This document shows positions 1-10,988 of a DNA stretch of 64,000 nucleotides, in pieces. The translations under genes were made by a program, and so were the position numbers. The notes under the pieces are model-generated. The model saw nothing but the letters and a program-made list of their open reading frames with translations. It was not told the DNA's origin and ran no database searches. The number at the start of each line of letters is the position of its first letter. Positions within the stretch are counted from its first letter, which is position 1. Source of the DNA: Acidimicrobiia bacterium (GTDB taxonomy: Bacteria; Actinomycetota; Acidimicrobiia; IMCC26256; JAENVU01); NCBI GenBank assembly GCA_038252255.1, contig JBBSAM010000002.1, forward strand, positions 87,964-151,963, written 5' to 3'.

Positions 1-243
1 GAGCCGGTGCCGTCGCACGACGGACGTGGCGAGGTCCCGGCCCTTCTTCGTGAGCCGCAGGCTGCGGTCGTCCATCAGCTCCGTGTAGCCCCCGCCGACC
101 AGCCGGTTGACCTGCTCCGAGACCGCCGGGGCGGACACCTTCAGCCGCTCGACCAGCCGGGCCCGGATGGGGGTGATGCCCTCTTCCTCGAGCTCGAGGA
201 TCGTCTCGAGGTACTCCTCGGTGGCATCGTGCATCTCGGCCAT
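1..243 (-). CDS. DtxR/IdeR-family metal-dependent transcriptional repressor, N-terminal part (gene runs off the window edge)
   Basis: My reverse-strand translation from the ATG (cat at 241-243) gives MAEMHDATEEYLETILELEEEGITPIRARLVERLKVSAPAVSEQVNRLVGGGYTELMDDRSLRLTKKGRDLATSVVRRHRL. This is the typical DtxR winged-HTH N-terminus. It is absent from the ORF track because it is open at the edge. Confidence 0.75.
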   Translation of the reverse strand, partial: MAEMHDATEEYLETILELEEEGITPIRARLVERLKVSAPAVSEQVNRLVGGGYTELMDDRSLRLTKKGRDLATSVVRRHRL

Positions 244-326
244 GGCGCCGCGAGCGTACGCCGTAGCGGCCCCGAAGTGCCGAGGCGGGAGCGGCCCGGA
301 GCGGCGCGCGGGTACCTCACCTCGAA

Positions 327-353
327 CTTGCACTCCCCCGGGCAGAGTGCCAA
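327..353 (+). promoter_or_regulatory. Degenerate CIRCE-like inverted repeat (HrcA operator), upstream copy
   Basis: cTTGCACTC-N9-GAGTGCcAA compared with the consensus TTAGCACTC-N9-GAGTGCTAA. It lies about 95 bp upstream of groEL. Confidence 0.55.
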
Positions 354-359
354 CATGGA

Positions 360-386
360 CTAGCACTCAGACATACCGAGTGCTAA
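360..386 (+). promoter_or_regulatory. CIRCE element (HrcA operator) upstream of groEL
   Basis: cTAGCACTC-agacatacc-GAGTGCTAA is a near-perfect match to the CIRCE consensus. It lies 60 bp upstream of the groEL start. Confidence 0.85.
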
Positions 387-2096
<1,710 letters not shown>

Positions 2097-2119
2097 CTTC
2101 CCCGCTCCAACCGGACTTC

Positions 2120-2149
2120 GAGAGAGGCGCCCTTCGGGGCGCCTCTCTC
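2120..2149 (+). terminator. Stem-loop terminator candidate after groEL
   Basis: Perfect 13-bp stem gagagaggcgccc / gggcgcctctctc with a ttcg loop, 24 nt after the groEL stop. There is no clear T-tract, so intrinsic termination is inferred. Confidence 0.55.
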
Positions 2150-2243
2150 GCGTCTACCGTCGGGCCCGCACTGACCACGTTCCGTGGTAGGTAGAATGTG
2201 TCCACGACAGGCCAACGGTCTGTACTGGCAGGAGGAACGCCCC

Positions 2244-3086
2244 ATGCGTCGTCTCGCGGTGGCCGCTACCGCGGCTCTCATGTTCACGCTGAGCGCGTGC
2301 GGCTCGGGGTCCGGCTCGACGCAGAGCGCCACCCAGCTGATCGCCGCGTCGGCCGACAAGGCGACCGAGGCGAAGACGGCGCGCATGAGCGGTGAGGTCA
2401 GCTTCGACCTGGGGGGCGAGCACAAGACGCTGCCGCTCGACGGCGTGCTCGACTTCGGCACCGGCGCGTACGAGTTCACCTACGACATGAGCCAGCTGGG
2501 TCTGCCGGGCGCCGCGGGCCTCAAGATCAAGGCGCGCATCGTCGAGGGCGTGATGTACCTCGACTTCGGCGATCTGGCTCGCAGCAGCAGCCGCCTCTCG
2601 GCCATCACCGGTGGCAAGAGCTGGGCGAAGCTCGACTTCCGCGCGCTCCTGGGCCCGAACGGCGCGGGTGGCTTGGCCGACACGAACCCCACCGGCACGC
2701 TCGACGCGCTCCGGGGGGCCGGCCGCGTGACGAAGGTCGGGACCGACACGCTGCGGGGCGTGGAGACGACGCACTATCGCGCCATGGTGGATCCGGCGAA
2801 GGCCCTCGAGCAGGCTCCCGCGGACCTGCGCAGCAAGATCAAGCAGGGCCTCGCGATGTTCAAGGGCCCGCTGCCGGTCGAGGTCTGGGTCGACGGGGAC
2901 GGGCAGGCGCGCAAGATCGCCATGGACATCCCGACGCCGGCCGGGAAGGCCTCGGTCACGATGGAGTACTACGACTTCGGCGTCGCAGTGAACGTGCAGG
3001 CGCCACCGGCCGACGACGTCTTCGACCTCTCGCAGCTCACCGGCGGTACGCACGCGCCGGCGGGGACCGGCACCCCCGCGATCTGA
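2244..3086 (+). CDS. Putative secreted lipoprotein
   Basis: ATG at 2244 is preceded by ggagga. The N-terminus MRRLAVAATAALMFTLSACGSGSGS carries a lipobox (LSAC). No family was recognised with certainty. Confidence 0.65.
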   Translation: MRRLAVAATAALMFTLSACGSGSGSTQSATQLIAASADKATEAKTARMSGEVSFDLGGEHKTLPLDGVLDFGTGAYEFTYDMSQLGLPGAAGLKIKARIVEGVMYLDFGDLARSSSRLSAITGGKSWAKLDFRALLGPNGAGGLADTNPTGTLDALRGAGRVTKVGTDTLRGVETTHYRAMVDPAKALEQAPADLRSKIKQGLAMFKGPLPVEVWVDGDGQARKIAMDIPTPAGKASVTMEYYDFGVAVNVQAPPADDVFDLSQLTGGTHAPAGTGTPAI

Positions 3087-3123
3087 TCGTCGCATCGAGA
3101 AGCCCGGCCGGTAGCCTGGCGCC

Positions 3124-3909
3124 ATGCCGCTGGAACCCGTCACGCCGTCGGTCGGGTGGGGAGTCCTGCACCTGTTCTTCCGCGTCGACCGGCTCCGCGC
3201 CGAGCACGAGCCCGGGGCCGCGAAGCGGATCGTGGACGCCGTCGCATCACTCGAGGCGGACGGTCACCAGGCGCTCGTGTTCGCGGTGCTCGGGCACAAG
3301 GCCGACCTCGGCGTCATGGCCCTCGGGCCCGATCTCGCCCGGCTCCACGCCTTCCAGCAGGAGCTGCTCGCCGGCCCGTTGGTTCCGGAGCTCTCGTACG
3401 TCTCGTTGACCGAGCTCTCGGAGTACGGGGCCACCGAGGACGACGAACGGGTGCGGCTGCGGGACGAGGAGGGGATCACGGAACCGGAGGGTGTCGAGGA
3501 GCGCCTCACCGTGTGGCGGGACCGGATCGAGCACTACCGGGAGAACCGCATCCACCCCCAGCTCCCGCGGCGCCGGCTGCTGTGCTTCTACCCGATGTCG
3601 AAGCGCCGGGCCGGCGACGACAACTGGTACATGCTGCCGTTCGACGAGCGGAAGCGGCTCATGGCCGGCCACGCCCGCGTCGGGCGCTCATACGCGGGGC
3701 GGATCCTGCAGCTCATCACCGGCTCGGTCGGCCTCGACGATTGGGAATGGGGTGTGACGCTCCTGGCGGACGACCCGGCCGTGTTGAAGGAGATCGTGAA
3801 CGAGATGCGCTTCGACGAGGTGACCGCTCGTTACGGCGAGTTCGGCCCGTTCTTCACCGGCTTGCTGCTCGAACCGGCGGAGGCGCTCGAGCGGGTCGGG
3901 CTGCGATGA
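3124..3909 (+). CDS. hemQ: Chlorite-dismutase-family coproheme decarboxylase (HemQ/ChdC)
   Basis: 261 aa with WGVLHLFFRVDR, FYPMSKRR..NWYMLPFDERKRLMAGHARVGRSY and EWGVTLLADDP, which are typical of actinobacterial HemQ. Confidence 0.8.
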   Translation: MPLEPVTPSVGWGVLHLFFRVDRLRAEHEPGAAKRIVDAVASLEADGHQALVFAVLGHKADLGVMALGPDLARLHAFQQELLAGPLVPELSYVSLTELSEYGATEDDERVRLRDEEGITEPEGVEERLTVWRDRIEHYRENRIHPQLPRRRLLCFYPMSKRRAGDDNWYMLPFDERKRLMAGHARVGRSYAGRILQLITGSVGLDDWEWGVTLLADDPAVLKEIVNEMRFDEVTARYGEFGPFFTGLLLEPAEALERVGLR

Positions 3910-4151
3910 CCGACGGCGTCCGCCTCTACGTCTCGTTTCCGGAGGAGCTCGTCGACCGGCCGATGATCTACGAGATCGTCAAGGAGTACGACGTCGTGCC
4001 GAACATCCGGCGCGCCGGCATCGAAGCGCACGAAGGCTGGGTGATCCTGGAGCTCAGCGGACCGGTCGAGCAACGCGACGCGGCGATCGCCTACCTCGAG
4101 GGCATCGGCTGCACCGTGAACCGCATGGAGGGCGACATCCTCGAGGGCTGA
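3906..4151 (+). CDS. NIL-domain small protein
   Basis: The ATG at 3906 overlaps the hemQ stop (ATGA). Translation MTDGVRLYVSFPEELVDRPMIYEIVKEYDVVPNIRRAGIEAHEGWVILELSGPVEQRDAAIAYLEGIGCTVNRMEGDILEG resembles stand-alone NIL domains. Confidence 0.65.
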   Translation: MTDGVRLYVSFPEELVDRPMIYEIVKEYDVVPNIRRAGIEAHEGWVILELSGPVEQRDAAIAYLEGIGCTVNRMEGDILEG

Positions 4152-4193
4152 CTCCGTTCCGAACATCTCCGGCGCCCGAATGCCGGGCTACGG

Positions 4194-4763
4194 GTGTCGG
4201 GCGGGCGCCGGCGGCATGATGGGCTGGTGCGCGACGAGGAGCTTCCACCGGACGCCGAGGCGCGCGGTCTGGCGATGCTGGCCGAGACCGGTGAGCAGAT
4301 CGTGACCGGCGTCGCGCGGGAAGTACCGGGTTGGGTGCAGGCGCAGATCGCCCGCATCCTCGATGCGTGGGGTCGGGCCGGCGCCGCCGAACGGGCCGAG
4401 GCCCTGCACGCCGCGCAGTCCGCGGGCGGGGCCGCCGCGCACCGGATCGGGGAGGCGCTGCGCGCGCTGCTCGTCACCGATCCGGCCGATCAGCGGTCCA
4501 CCCCCCTCGAGATCGTCCGCACCGTGTACCGGGAGCCGACCGAGGTCCTCGTGGCGGCGGGCGTCCCTCCCGTCGTCCGCGACCCGTTCGACGAGCGGAC
4601 CCAACCCGACGACCGCTACGACCTCGCGCCCCGGACCCTCGGCGACCTCGGCGACGCCGAGCTGGCACCGCTGCACCTGGCCTGGGGCGTAGCCAAGGCC
4701 ATGGTGCTGCGGGCCCGCATCCGTGACGGGCAAATGGGTCATTCAGGGTGGCCCGACCTGTGA
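4194..4763 (+). CDS. Hypothetical protein (start uncertain)
   Basis: 189-aa ORF in the only frame consistent with the gene spacing. No motif was recognised. Confidence 0.4.
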   Translation: MSGGRRRHDGLVRDEELPPDAEARGLAMLAETGEQIVTGVAREVPGWVQAQIARILDAWGRAGAAERAEALHAAQSAGGAAAHRIGEALRALLVTDPADQRSTPLEIVRTVYREPTEVLVAAGVPPVVRDPFDERTQPDDRYDLAPRTLGDLGDAELAPLHLAWGVAKAMVLRARIRDGQMGHSGWPDL

Positions 4764-4805
4764 AATCTCCTCAGGATCGTCCCGAAGCGCCCCGATAGTC
4801 CCAGG

Positions 4806-7800
4806 GTGAGCTCCCACCCGCCGGCCGAGCGAGAGACGACCGCCGCCACCAGCTCCCTCACCTCGGAGGAGAACGAGCTGGCGAACCGGTCCGGCGCGCT
4901 CGGAGCCTCCCCTCTGGACGCGCTCGAGACCGTCACGGATCTCGACGTGCTCGCGCTGTCGGCCCCGCTCGGGGTGTTCCGCAGCACGGCGGCGGACGGG
5001 GTCGTGTGGGTCAACCGTCGTCTCCTCGAGATCATCGGCCTCGAGCGGGAGCAGGCGCTCGGGCACGAATGGGTGCGGGCCCTCCATCCCCTCGACCGGG
5101 CCCGGGTCGACGAAGCGCGCCGGAGCCTGGGCGCGAGTCCGCACGACCTCACGATCCAGTTCCGCATCGTGCGGCCGGACGGGACGTTGCGGCACGTGCG
5201 GGTTCGGGTGCTCCCCGCACCGGACCGCCCGGGCGAGCAGCAGGTCTTCATCGGCGCGATAGAGGACGTCACCGACCGGATCGCTCGGCCGACGGTCCTG
5301 TCCGCGGAGGATTCGTTCCGCTCCCTGATCGCGTCGTCGCCACTCGGCGTCTGCTACTCGGACGCGGCAGGACGGATCGCCTACGTCAACGATCGGTGGC
5401 AGGAGATCACGGGACGCAGCGCAGCCGACCTGCTCGACAGCAACGACTTGCGCTTCGCGCACCCGGACGACCGCGACGCGATCTTCGAGTCCATGACCGC
5501 TGCGGCACTGGCCGGCGAAGAATGGTTCGGCGAGATGCGCGTGCTGCGCCCGGACGGAGAGTTGCGGCACACCCGCACGAGCATCGCGGCCATTCGCGGT
5601 GATGGCGGCGTCGTTGGATACGTCGGCACGCTCGAAGACGTCACGGACGAGGCAGCCGACCGGAAGCGAGCCGAGCTGGCGCTGAAGGCCCGCGTCGCCG
5701 CCGAAGCATTGGTCGCCGAGACCTCGCGGGCCCTTGTGACCGCCTCGGTCGACGACGTCGACGACCAGGTCGTGGGCGTCCTGCAGCGGCTGGCCCAGTT
5801 CGTCGGAGCGGATGCCGCGGTCCTCGCGGTGCGCCAAGACGAGCTCGAGGCCGGGACCGCCCGCCGGCACGCCTGGTACCACCCGGACCTGCTCGAAGAG
5901 CTCGAGCGTCGCGGTGACCCTGGCCGAGGTGGAGACGCCGCAACCTGGAGTGGCGCGACGCGCGAGGTCATCGGCTCCGTGACGTTGGAGTGGCGCTCCG
6001 AGTCGACGACGATCGATTGGGAATCACTCGAGCCGTTGGTGGTGGTGGGCGATGCGCTGGTGTCCACCCTCGCACGGGTGCGGGCCGAGCAGGCGGTGCG
6101 TTCGAGCGAGGAGCGGTTCCGGTCGTTCGCGGAGCACTCGTCCGACTTCATGCTCGTGTACAGCGCGCAGGGAGACATCAAGTACCTCAGCCCGTCGACG
6201 GCGCGTTTCTCGGGGCTCGATGTCGGGGAGAGCTTCTCGGATTCGGGGATCGTGCATGCGGACGATCGGGTGCTGGTCCAGAAGATGTTCGGTCCGCTGC
6301 GCGCCGGCGTGCGCGGCGACACCTCCCCGCCGTTCGAGGTGCGGATTCGCAGCGCGGAGGGTGAGTACCGCTGGCTCGAGATGATCGCGACGAACCTCCT
6401 GGACGATCCGGTCGTCGGCGGCATCGTGGTGAACGCCCGCGACGTCACGGAGCGGCGCGAGTCCCGCGACGAGCTGCAACGGATCAACGACTCGCTCGAG
6501 CAGACCAACGCCCAGCTGAGCGGGTTGGTGGAAGAGAAGTTGGAGGTCGAGCGTCAGCTCCGATCGAGCGAGGAGCTGTTCCGCGCGATGGTCCAGCACT
6601 CCTCCGACGCGATCACGCTCCTCGACGAGGACGGCACGGTCCGCTACGGCAGCGCGCTCGGCGAGAGGGTGCTCGGCTACCCCGAAGGCTTTGCCGCCGG
6701 TCTCGACGCGCTCGAGCTCGTGCATCCGGACGACCAGGCGATGGTGACGGAGGTCATGGCCAACGCGTTCACCGAGCCGGGTGTCCACGGCCCGGTGCGG
6801 GTGCGCGTGCGCCACGCCGACGGCTCGTGGAAGTACCTGGAGGCGTTCGGCAACAACCTCTTGGACAACCCGGCGGTCCACGGCGTGGTCGTCTCGGGTC
6901 GGGACGTGACCGAGCGCGTCACTGCCGAGGAGGCGCTGCGCCGCAGCGACGACCGCTTCCGGGCCCTGGTCCAGAACTTGTCGGACGTCGTCACGATCGT
7001 CGGTCCCGAGGGCCGCCTCGTCTATTCCAGCCCCGCCGCCCAGCGGCTCTTCGGCTTCCAGGAGGACGACGAGAGCTGGACCGACCCCATGGCGCGGGTC
7101 CATCCGGACGACGTGGACCGCGTGGTCGTGGAGATGGGTGAGCAGCTCGCGTGCGGGGGCATCGATCCGGTCTCCTTCCGGTTGCTCGTCGCGGAGGGCT
7201 CGTATCGAGACGTGGAAGCGATCGTCCAGGATCTCACCGACGATCCGTCGGTCGGGGGCATCGTCGCCACGACCCGAGATGTCACCGAACGGGCACGGGC
7301 CGAGGCGATGGTCGCCGACCAGGCGCAGGTCCTCCGGCTGATCGCCGAGGGCGCGCCGCTCGGCGAGACGCTCGCCACGATCTGCGCCGTGGTCGAGCTC
7401 CAGGTTCCGGGCGCGTTGTGCTCGGTGATGCTGGTCGACGAGGCGGAGCAAGTGCTGCGCCCGGGCGCGGCCCCGAGCCTGCCGCCCGAGTACGTCCGCG
7501 CGGTGGATCAGGTGCCCATCGGCCCGAACGCCGGCTCGTGCGGGAGCGCGGCCTACTACGGGACGCAGGTCGTGGCCGAGGACGTCGAGCTCGACCCGCG
7601 TTGGGACGGGCATCGGGAGGCTGCGATCAAGCACGGGCTGCGGTCCTGCTGGTCCACGCCGGTCTTCGCTTCGAGCGGCGACCGCGTGCTCGGCACGTTC
7701 GCCATGTACCACCGCGAGCCCCGGGGAGCGAACCCCCAAGCCGAAGAGATCGTGGCCATGTTCAGCCCGCTCGCCGCGATCGCGATCGAACGCCGGACGT

Positions 7801-9140
7801 TCGAGGACCGGCTCGCTCACCAGGCGCAGCACGATCCGCTGACGGGCCTGCCGAACCGCGTGCTCTTCGTGGAGTTCCTCACGCTGGCCCTCCGCCGGAC
7901 GCAGCGTCGCCAGTCGGCGGCCGCGGTGCTCTTCCTCGACCTGGACCGGTTCAAGGTCGTGAACGACAGCTTGGGGCACGACGCGGGCGACGAGCTCATG
8001 GTCAAGCTCGGCACGCGGTTGTGTGCCGCGGTGCGACCGGGAGACACCGTCGCGCGCTTCGGCGGCGACGAGTTCACGGTGCTCTGCGACGACCTCTCGT
8101 CCGAGGACGCGCGCCGGCAGGCGATCGACGTCGCCGAACGGCTGCTCGAGGTGATCGAGTCGCCGATCCAGCTCAACGGCGAGGACCAGCACCTCAGCGC
8201 CAGCATCGGGATCGCGATCGCGGGCCCCGGTGACAGCCCCGAGACGCTCCTGCGCGATGCCGACGCCGCGATGTACCAGGCGAAGGACCGTGGCAAGGGC
8301 CGCTGGGAGCTGTTCGACGAGGAGATGCGCTCGTCGGCCCGGATGCGGCTCGAGACCGAGAACGCGCTCCACCGCGCGCTCGAGCGCGACGAGCTCCGCA
8401 TCTACTACCAACCGATCATCGAGCTCGACGGCTGCACGTGCTCCGGTGCCGAGGCGCTCGTGCGCTGGCAGCACCCCGACCGCGGCCTGGTCGCACCTGA
8501 TGCGTTCATCGACCTGGCCGAAGAGACCGGTCTCATCGTCCCGATCGGCGCCTGGGTGCTCGAGGAGTCGTGCCGTCAGCTGATGCAGTGGCGCGCCGAG
8601 GGCCTCGTGTCACCCGCCTTCACCGTGGCGGTCAACCTCTCCGCCCGGCAGCTGGCGCAGGCGGATCTCGTCGAGAGAGTTGCCGCCGCGCTCGAGCGCA
8701 CCGGCGCGCCACCCGAGCTCATCTGCCTCGAGATCACCGAGAGCGTGCTGATGGCCGAGACGACGATCGAAGCGATCGACGCGCTGCGCGCCCTCGGTGT
8801 GCGACTCAGCATCGACGACTTCGGTACCGGCTACTCGTCACTCGGCTACCTGCGCCGGTTCCCGGTGGACTCGGTGAAGGTCGACCGCTCGTTCGTCGAC
8901 GGGCTCGGTACCGAGTCCGAGGACTCGGCGATCGTGGCCGCGGTCGTCGGGCTCGGGCACGCGCTCGGGCTGAGCGTGGTGGCCGAGGGTGTCGAGACCG
9001 AGCTGCAGCTGGCCGAGCTCCGCGCGCTGGGCTGCGACCGGGGTCAGGGCTTCTGGTTCGCGCGGCCGCAGCCCGCGGACGTGTTCGCGGCGGTGGTGGC
9101 GAACCCGCGTCGCTGGCAGCTTCACACGGCCACACCCTGA
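4806..9140 (+). CDS. Multidomain signalling protein: several PAS/PAC domains, GAF, GGDEF and EAL
   Basis: 1444 aa. Repeated PAS-like blocks (e.g. HPDD..., WLE...RDVTER x4), an intact RFGGDEFTVL motif, and an EAL domain (GAEALVRWQHP, DDFGTGYSSL, KVDRSFV). Confidence 0.9.
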   Translation: MSSHPPAERETTAATSSLTSEENELANRSGALGASPLDALETVTDLDVLALSAPLGVFRSTAADGVVWVNRRLLEIIGLEREQALGHEWVRALHPLDRARVDEARRSLGASPHDLTIQFRIVRPDGTLRHVRVRVLPAPDRPGEQQVFIGAIEDVTDRIARPTVLSAEDSFRSLIASSPLGVCYSDAAGRIAYVNDRWQEITGRSAADLLDSNDLRFAHPDDRDAIFESMTAAALAGEEWFGEMRVLRPDGELRHTRTSIAAIRGDGGVVGYVGTLEDVTDEAADRKRAELALKARVAAEALVAETSRALVTASVDDVDDQVVGVLQRLAQFVGADAAVLAVRQDELEAGTARRHAWYHPDLLEELERRGDPGRGGDAATWSGATREVIGSVTLEWRSESTTIDWESLEPLVVVGDALVSTLARVRAEQAVRSSEERFRSFAEHSSDFMLVYSAQGDIKYLSPSTARFSGLDVGESFSDSGIVHADDRVLVQKMFGPLRAGVRGDTSPPFEVRIRSAEGEYRWLEMIATNLLDDPVVGGIVVNARDVTERRESRDELQRINDSLEQTNAQLSGLVEEKLEVERQLRSSEELFRAMVQHSSDAITLLDEDGTVRYGSALGERVLGYPEGFAAGLDALELVHPDDQAMVTEVMANAFTEPGVHGPVRVRVRHADGSWKYLEAFGNNLLDNPAVHGVVVSGRDVTERVTAEEALRRSDDRFRALVQNLSDVVTIVGPEGRLVYSSPAAQRLFGFQEDDESWTDPMARVHPDDVDRVVVEMGEQLACGGIDPVSFRLLVAEGSYRDVEAIVQDLTDDPSVGGIVATTRDVTERARAEAMVADQAQVLRLIAEGAPLGETLATICAVVELQVPGALCSVMLVDEAEQVLRPGAAPSLPPEYVRAVDQVPIGPNAGSCGSAAYYGTQVVAEDVELDPRWDGHREAAIKHGLRSCWSTPVFASSGDRVLGTFAMYHREPRGANPQAEEIVAMFSPLAAIAIERRTFEDRLAHQAQHDPLTGLPNRVLFVEFLTLALRRTQRRQSAAAVLFLDLDRFKVVNDSLGHDAGDELMVKLGTRLCAAVRPGDTVARFGGDEFTVLCDDLSSEDARRQAIDVAERLLEVIESPIQLNGEDQHLSASIGIAIAGPGDSPETLLRDADAAMYQAKDRGKGRWELFDEEMRSSARMRLETENALHRALERDELRIYYQPIIELDGCTCSGAEALVRWQHPDRGLVAPDAFIDLAEETGLIVPIGAWVLEESCRQLMQWRAEGLVSPAFTVAVNLSARQLAQADLVERVAAALERTGAPPELICLEITESVLMAETTIEAIDALRALGVRLSIDDFGTGYSSLGYLRRFPVDSVKVDRSFVDGLGTESEDSAIVAAVVGLGHALGLSVVAEGVETELQLAELRALGCDRGQGFWFARPQPADVFAAVVANPRRWQLHTATP

Positions 9141-9177
9141 GTCAACGCGTGCGAGAGCGCGCCGGTAGGGTCGCGCC

Positions 9178-9870
9178 ATGAGCGGAGCAACGGGAGAGGA
9201 CGCGTACACGGCCTCGGACCTGCTCCGGTGGGCAGAGACGCTCGCCGGGATCGCCCGGACCGGGCTCGGGTTCACGAAGAGCCTGTACGAGAAGGAGCGG
9301 TTCGAAGAGGTGCTCCGGGTCGCGGCCGACATCCGCGTCGCGGCCATGGAGGAATCGAGTGCCGAGGCGCTGTTCGACGAGTGGATCTCCACCGTCGGCG
9401 AGGGGGTCGGTGGCTACATCACCCCGAGGTGCGCGGTCGCCGCGGTCGTCGGCAACGAGAAGGGTGAGCTGCTCCTGACCCAACGGTCGGACAGCGGGAT
9501 CTGGCTCTACCCCGTCGGCTGGGCGGACGTCGGGTACTCCCCGTCCGAGGTCGCGGTGAAAGAGGTGCTCGAAGAGACCGGGATCGAGGTCGAGCCGGTC
9601 TCGCTGATCGCGGTGCTCGACGGTCTCCGGCTCGGCTTCGCGCACCTGCCCCTCTACTCGCTCGTGTTCCATTGCCGGATGCTCGGGGGTGAGCTCGCCG
9701 GCCATCCGCTCGAGACCCGCCAGGTGGGCTTCTTCGCCCGGGACGCCCTGCCCCAGCCGCTCGCCGGGCAGCACCGCTGGGCCGATCTGGCGTTCCGGGC
9801 GATCGACGGTGAGGTCTTCCCGGCCGATTACGACCTCCCGCGCACCCCGCCGTGGCGCGGCATGCCGTGA
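9178..9870 (+). CDS. NUDIX hydrolase with an N-terminal NUDIX-associated domain
   Basis: 230 aa. The N-terminal LLRWAETLAGIARTGLGFTKSLYEKERFEEV block is followed by a NUDIX box G..(x)..EVAVKEVLEETGIEV. Confidence 0.8.
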   Translation: MSGATGEDAYTASDLLRWAETLAGIARTGLGFTKSLYEKERFEEVLRVAADIRVAAMEESSAEALFDEWISTVGEGVGGYITPRCAVAAVVGNEKGELLLTQRSDSGIWLYPVGWADVGYSPSEVAVKEVLEETGIEVEPVSLIAVLDGLRLGFAHLPLYSLVFHCRMLGGELAGHPLETRQVGFFARDALPQPLAGQHRWADLAFRAIDGEVFPADYDLPRTPPWRGMP

Positions 9871-9900
9871 CGATGTGGCTGCAGCGATCGCCGCTTGTGT

Positions 9901-10380
9901 CTAGCTCTCGAGCTGGTCGGCGAGGAGGCGGATGATCGAGACCGCGCCCTTCGTGGTCTCCCAGGCGTCGGCGACGCGGTCGTGGTCCACCAGCCCGCAG
10001 AGGTCGGGGAGCGGACCGAGGAGCTCCGCGGCCCGGCGGGAGAGCGTGGCCGGCTCGAGATCGTCACCGTAGGCCGGGAAGCACTCGAGCCCGTCCCACA
10101 GTCCGGTGAGCGCGCGGGTCTCGGAGCCGAGCTCGAGCGCGTTTGCACTCCCCCCGGCGTGCAGCTCGTCGACGACGCGCTCCCAGAGGTCGTAATGCGT
10201 GAGCCCCTCGGGCTGGGTGAACCCGGCGACCGGGTGCAGCCGCCACTCGAGGGTCTTCTCGTCCCCGGTGAACCACGTCTGGGAGCCATTGAGGTAGGAG
10301 TCAACTGGTGAGCCGAGCCGGGCGTCGAGTGCGCCGACGAGCTCCGGCGTGATCCACCAGAGCGCGGTGGCGATCAGCAT
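9901..10380 (-). CDS. Hypothetical protein
   Basis: Inner ATG (cat at 10378-10380) of the 248-aa ORF. The upstream part of that ORF is low-complexity. No family was recognised. Confidence 0.45.
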   Translation of the reverse strand: MLIATALWWITPELVGALDARLGSPVDSYLNGSQTWFTGDEKTLEWRLHPVAGFTQPEGLTHYDLWERVVDELHAGGSANALELGSETRALTGLWDGLECFPAYGDDLEPATLSRRAAELLGPLPDLCGLVDHDRVADAWETTKGAVSIIRLLADQLES

Positions 10381-10435
10381 CCCGGCAGGGTACGCGCGAT
10401 ACCGTCCGCGTACGGTCTGGGGGGACGGTTCTGGC

Positions 10436-10930
10436 GTGAAGCGAGCTTGGGGCGCATGCGGAGTGGTGGTGCTCCTGGCGCTGGTGGCCGGGTGTGGTGG
10501 CGGTAGCGACGGCCCGACCGAGGCCGAGTTCGTGCGCCAGGCGAATGCGGTGTGCCGGGACGGCGCCGCGAAGGTGTCGCTCGTGCGTATCCCGGGCCGG
10601 GCGGATGTCACGAGCATGCCGCAAGCCGCCGCCCAGGTCGTGGCCATCCAACGGCACGAGCTGGACCGGTTGCGCGCGCTGACGGCGCCGAAGAAGGATC
10701 GGACCGCGGTCGAGAGCTGGATCGCCCTCGTCGACCAGACGCTCGATCAGGCAGACCTGTCCGCGCGGGCGCAGCGGGACGGCGACATCTCCCGGGCCTT
10801 GAGGGCGAACCTCAACGGCGCCGCGCTCGACCGGCGCGCCGACGAGCTGGCACACCGGTACGGGCTCGCCGCGTGCGTCCGGGCCACGACCGCGCCCCCT
10901 ACGACGTCGACGACCAGAGCCGGAGCCTGA
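10436..10930 (+). CDS. Putative lipoprotein
   Basis: GTG at 10436. The N-terminus VKRAWGACGVVVLLALVAGCGGGS has a lipobox (VAGC). Confidence 0.55.
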   Translation: MKRAWGACGVVVLLALVAGCGGGSDGPTEAEFVRQANAVCRDGAAKVSLVRIPGRADVTSMPQAAAQVVAIQRHELDRLRALTAPKKDRTAVESWIALVDQTLDQADLSARAQRDGDISRALRANLNGAALDRRADELAHRYGLAACVRATTAPPTTSTTRAGA

Positions 10931-10988
10931 CCGAGCGGTACGGATCCGCCCCTGTCGTCCTCGTGAACACCCCGGGTACGATCCGGGG

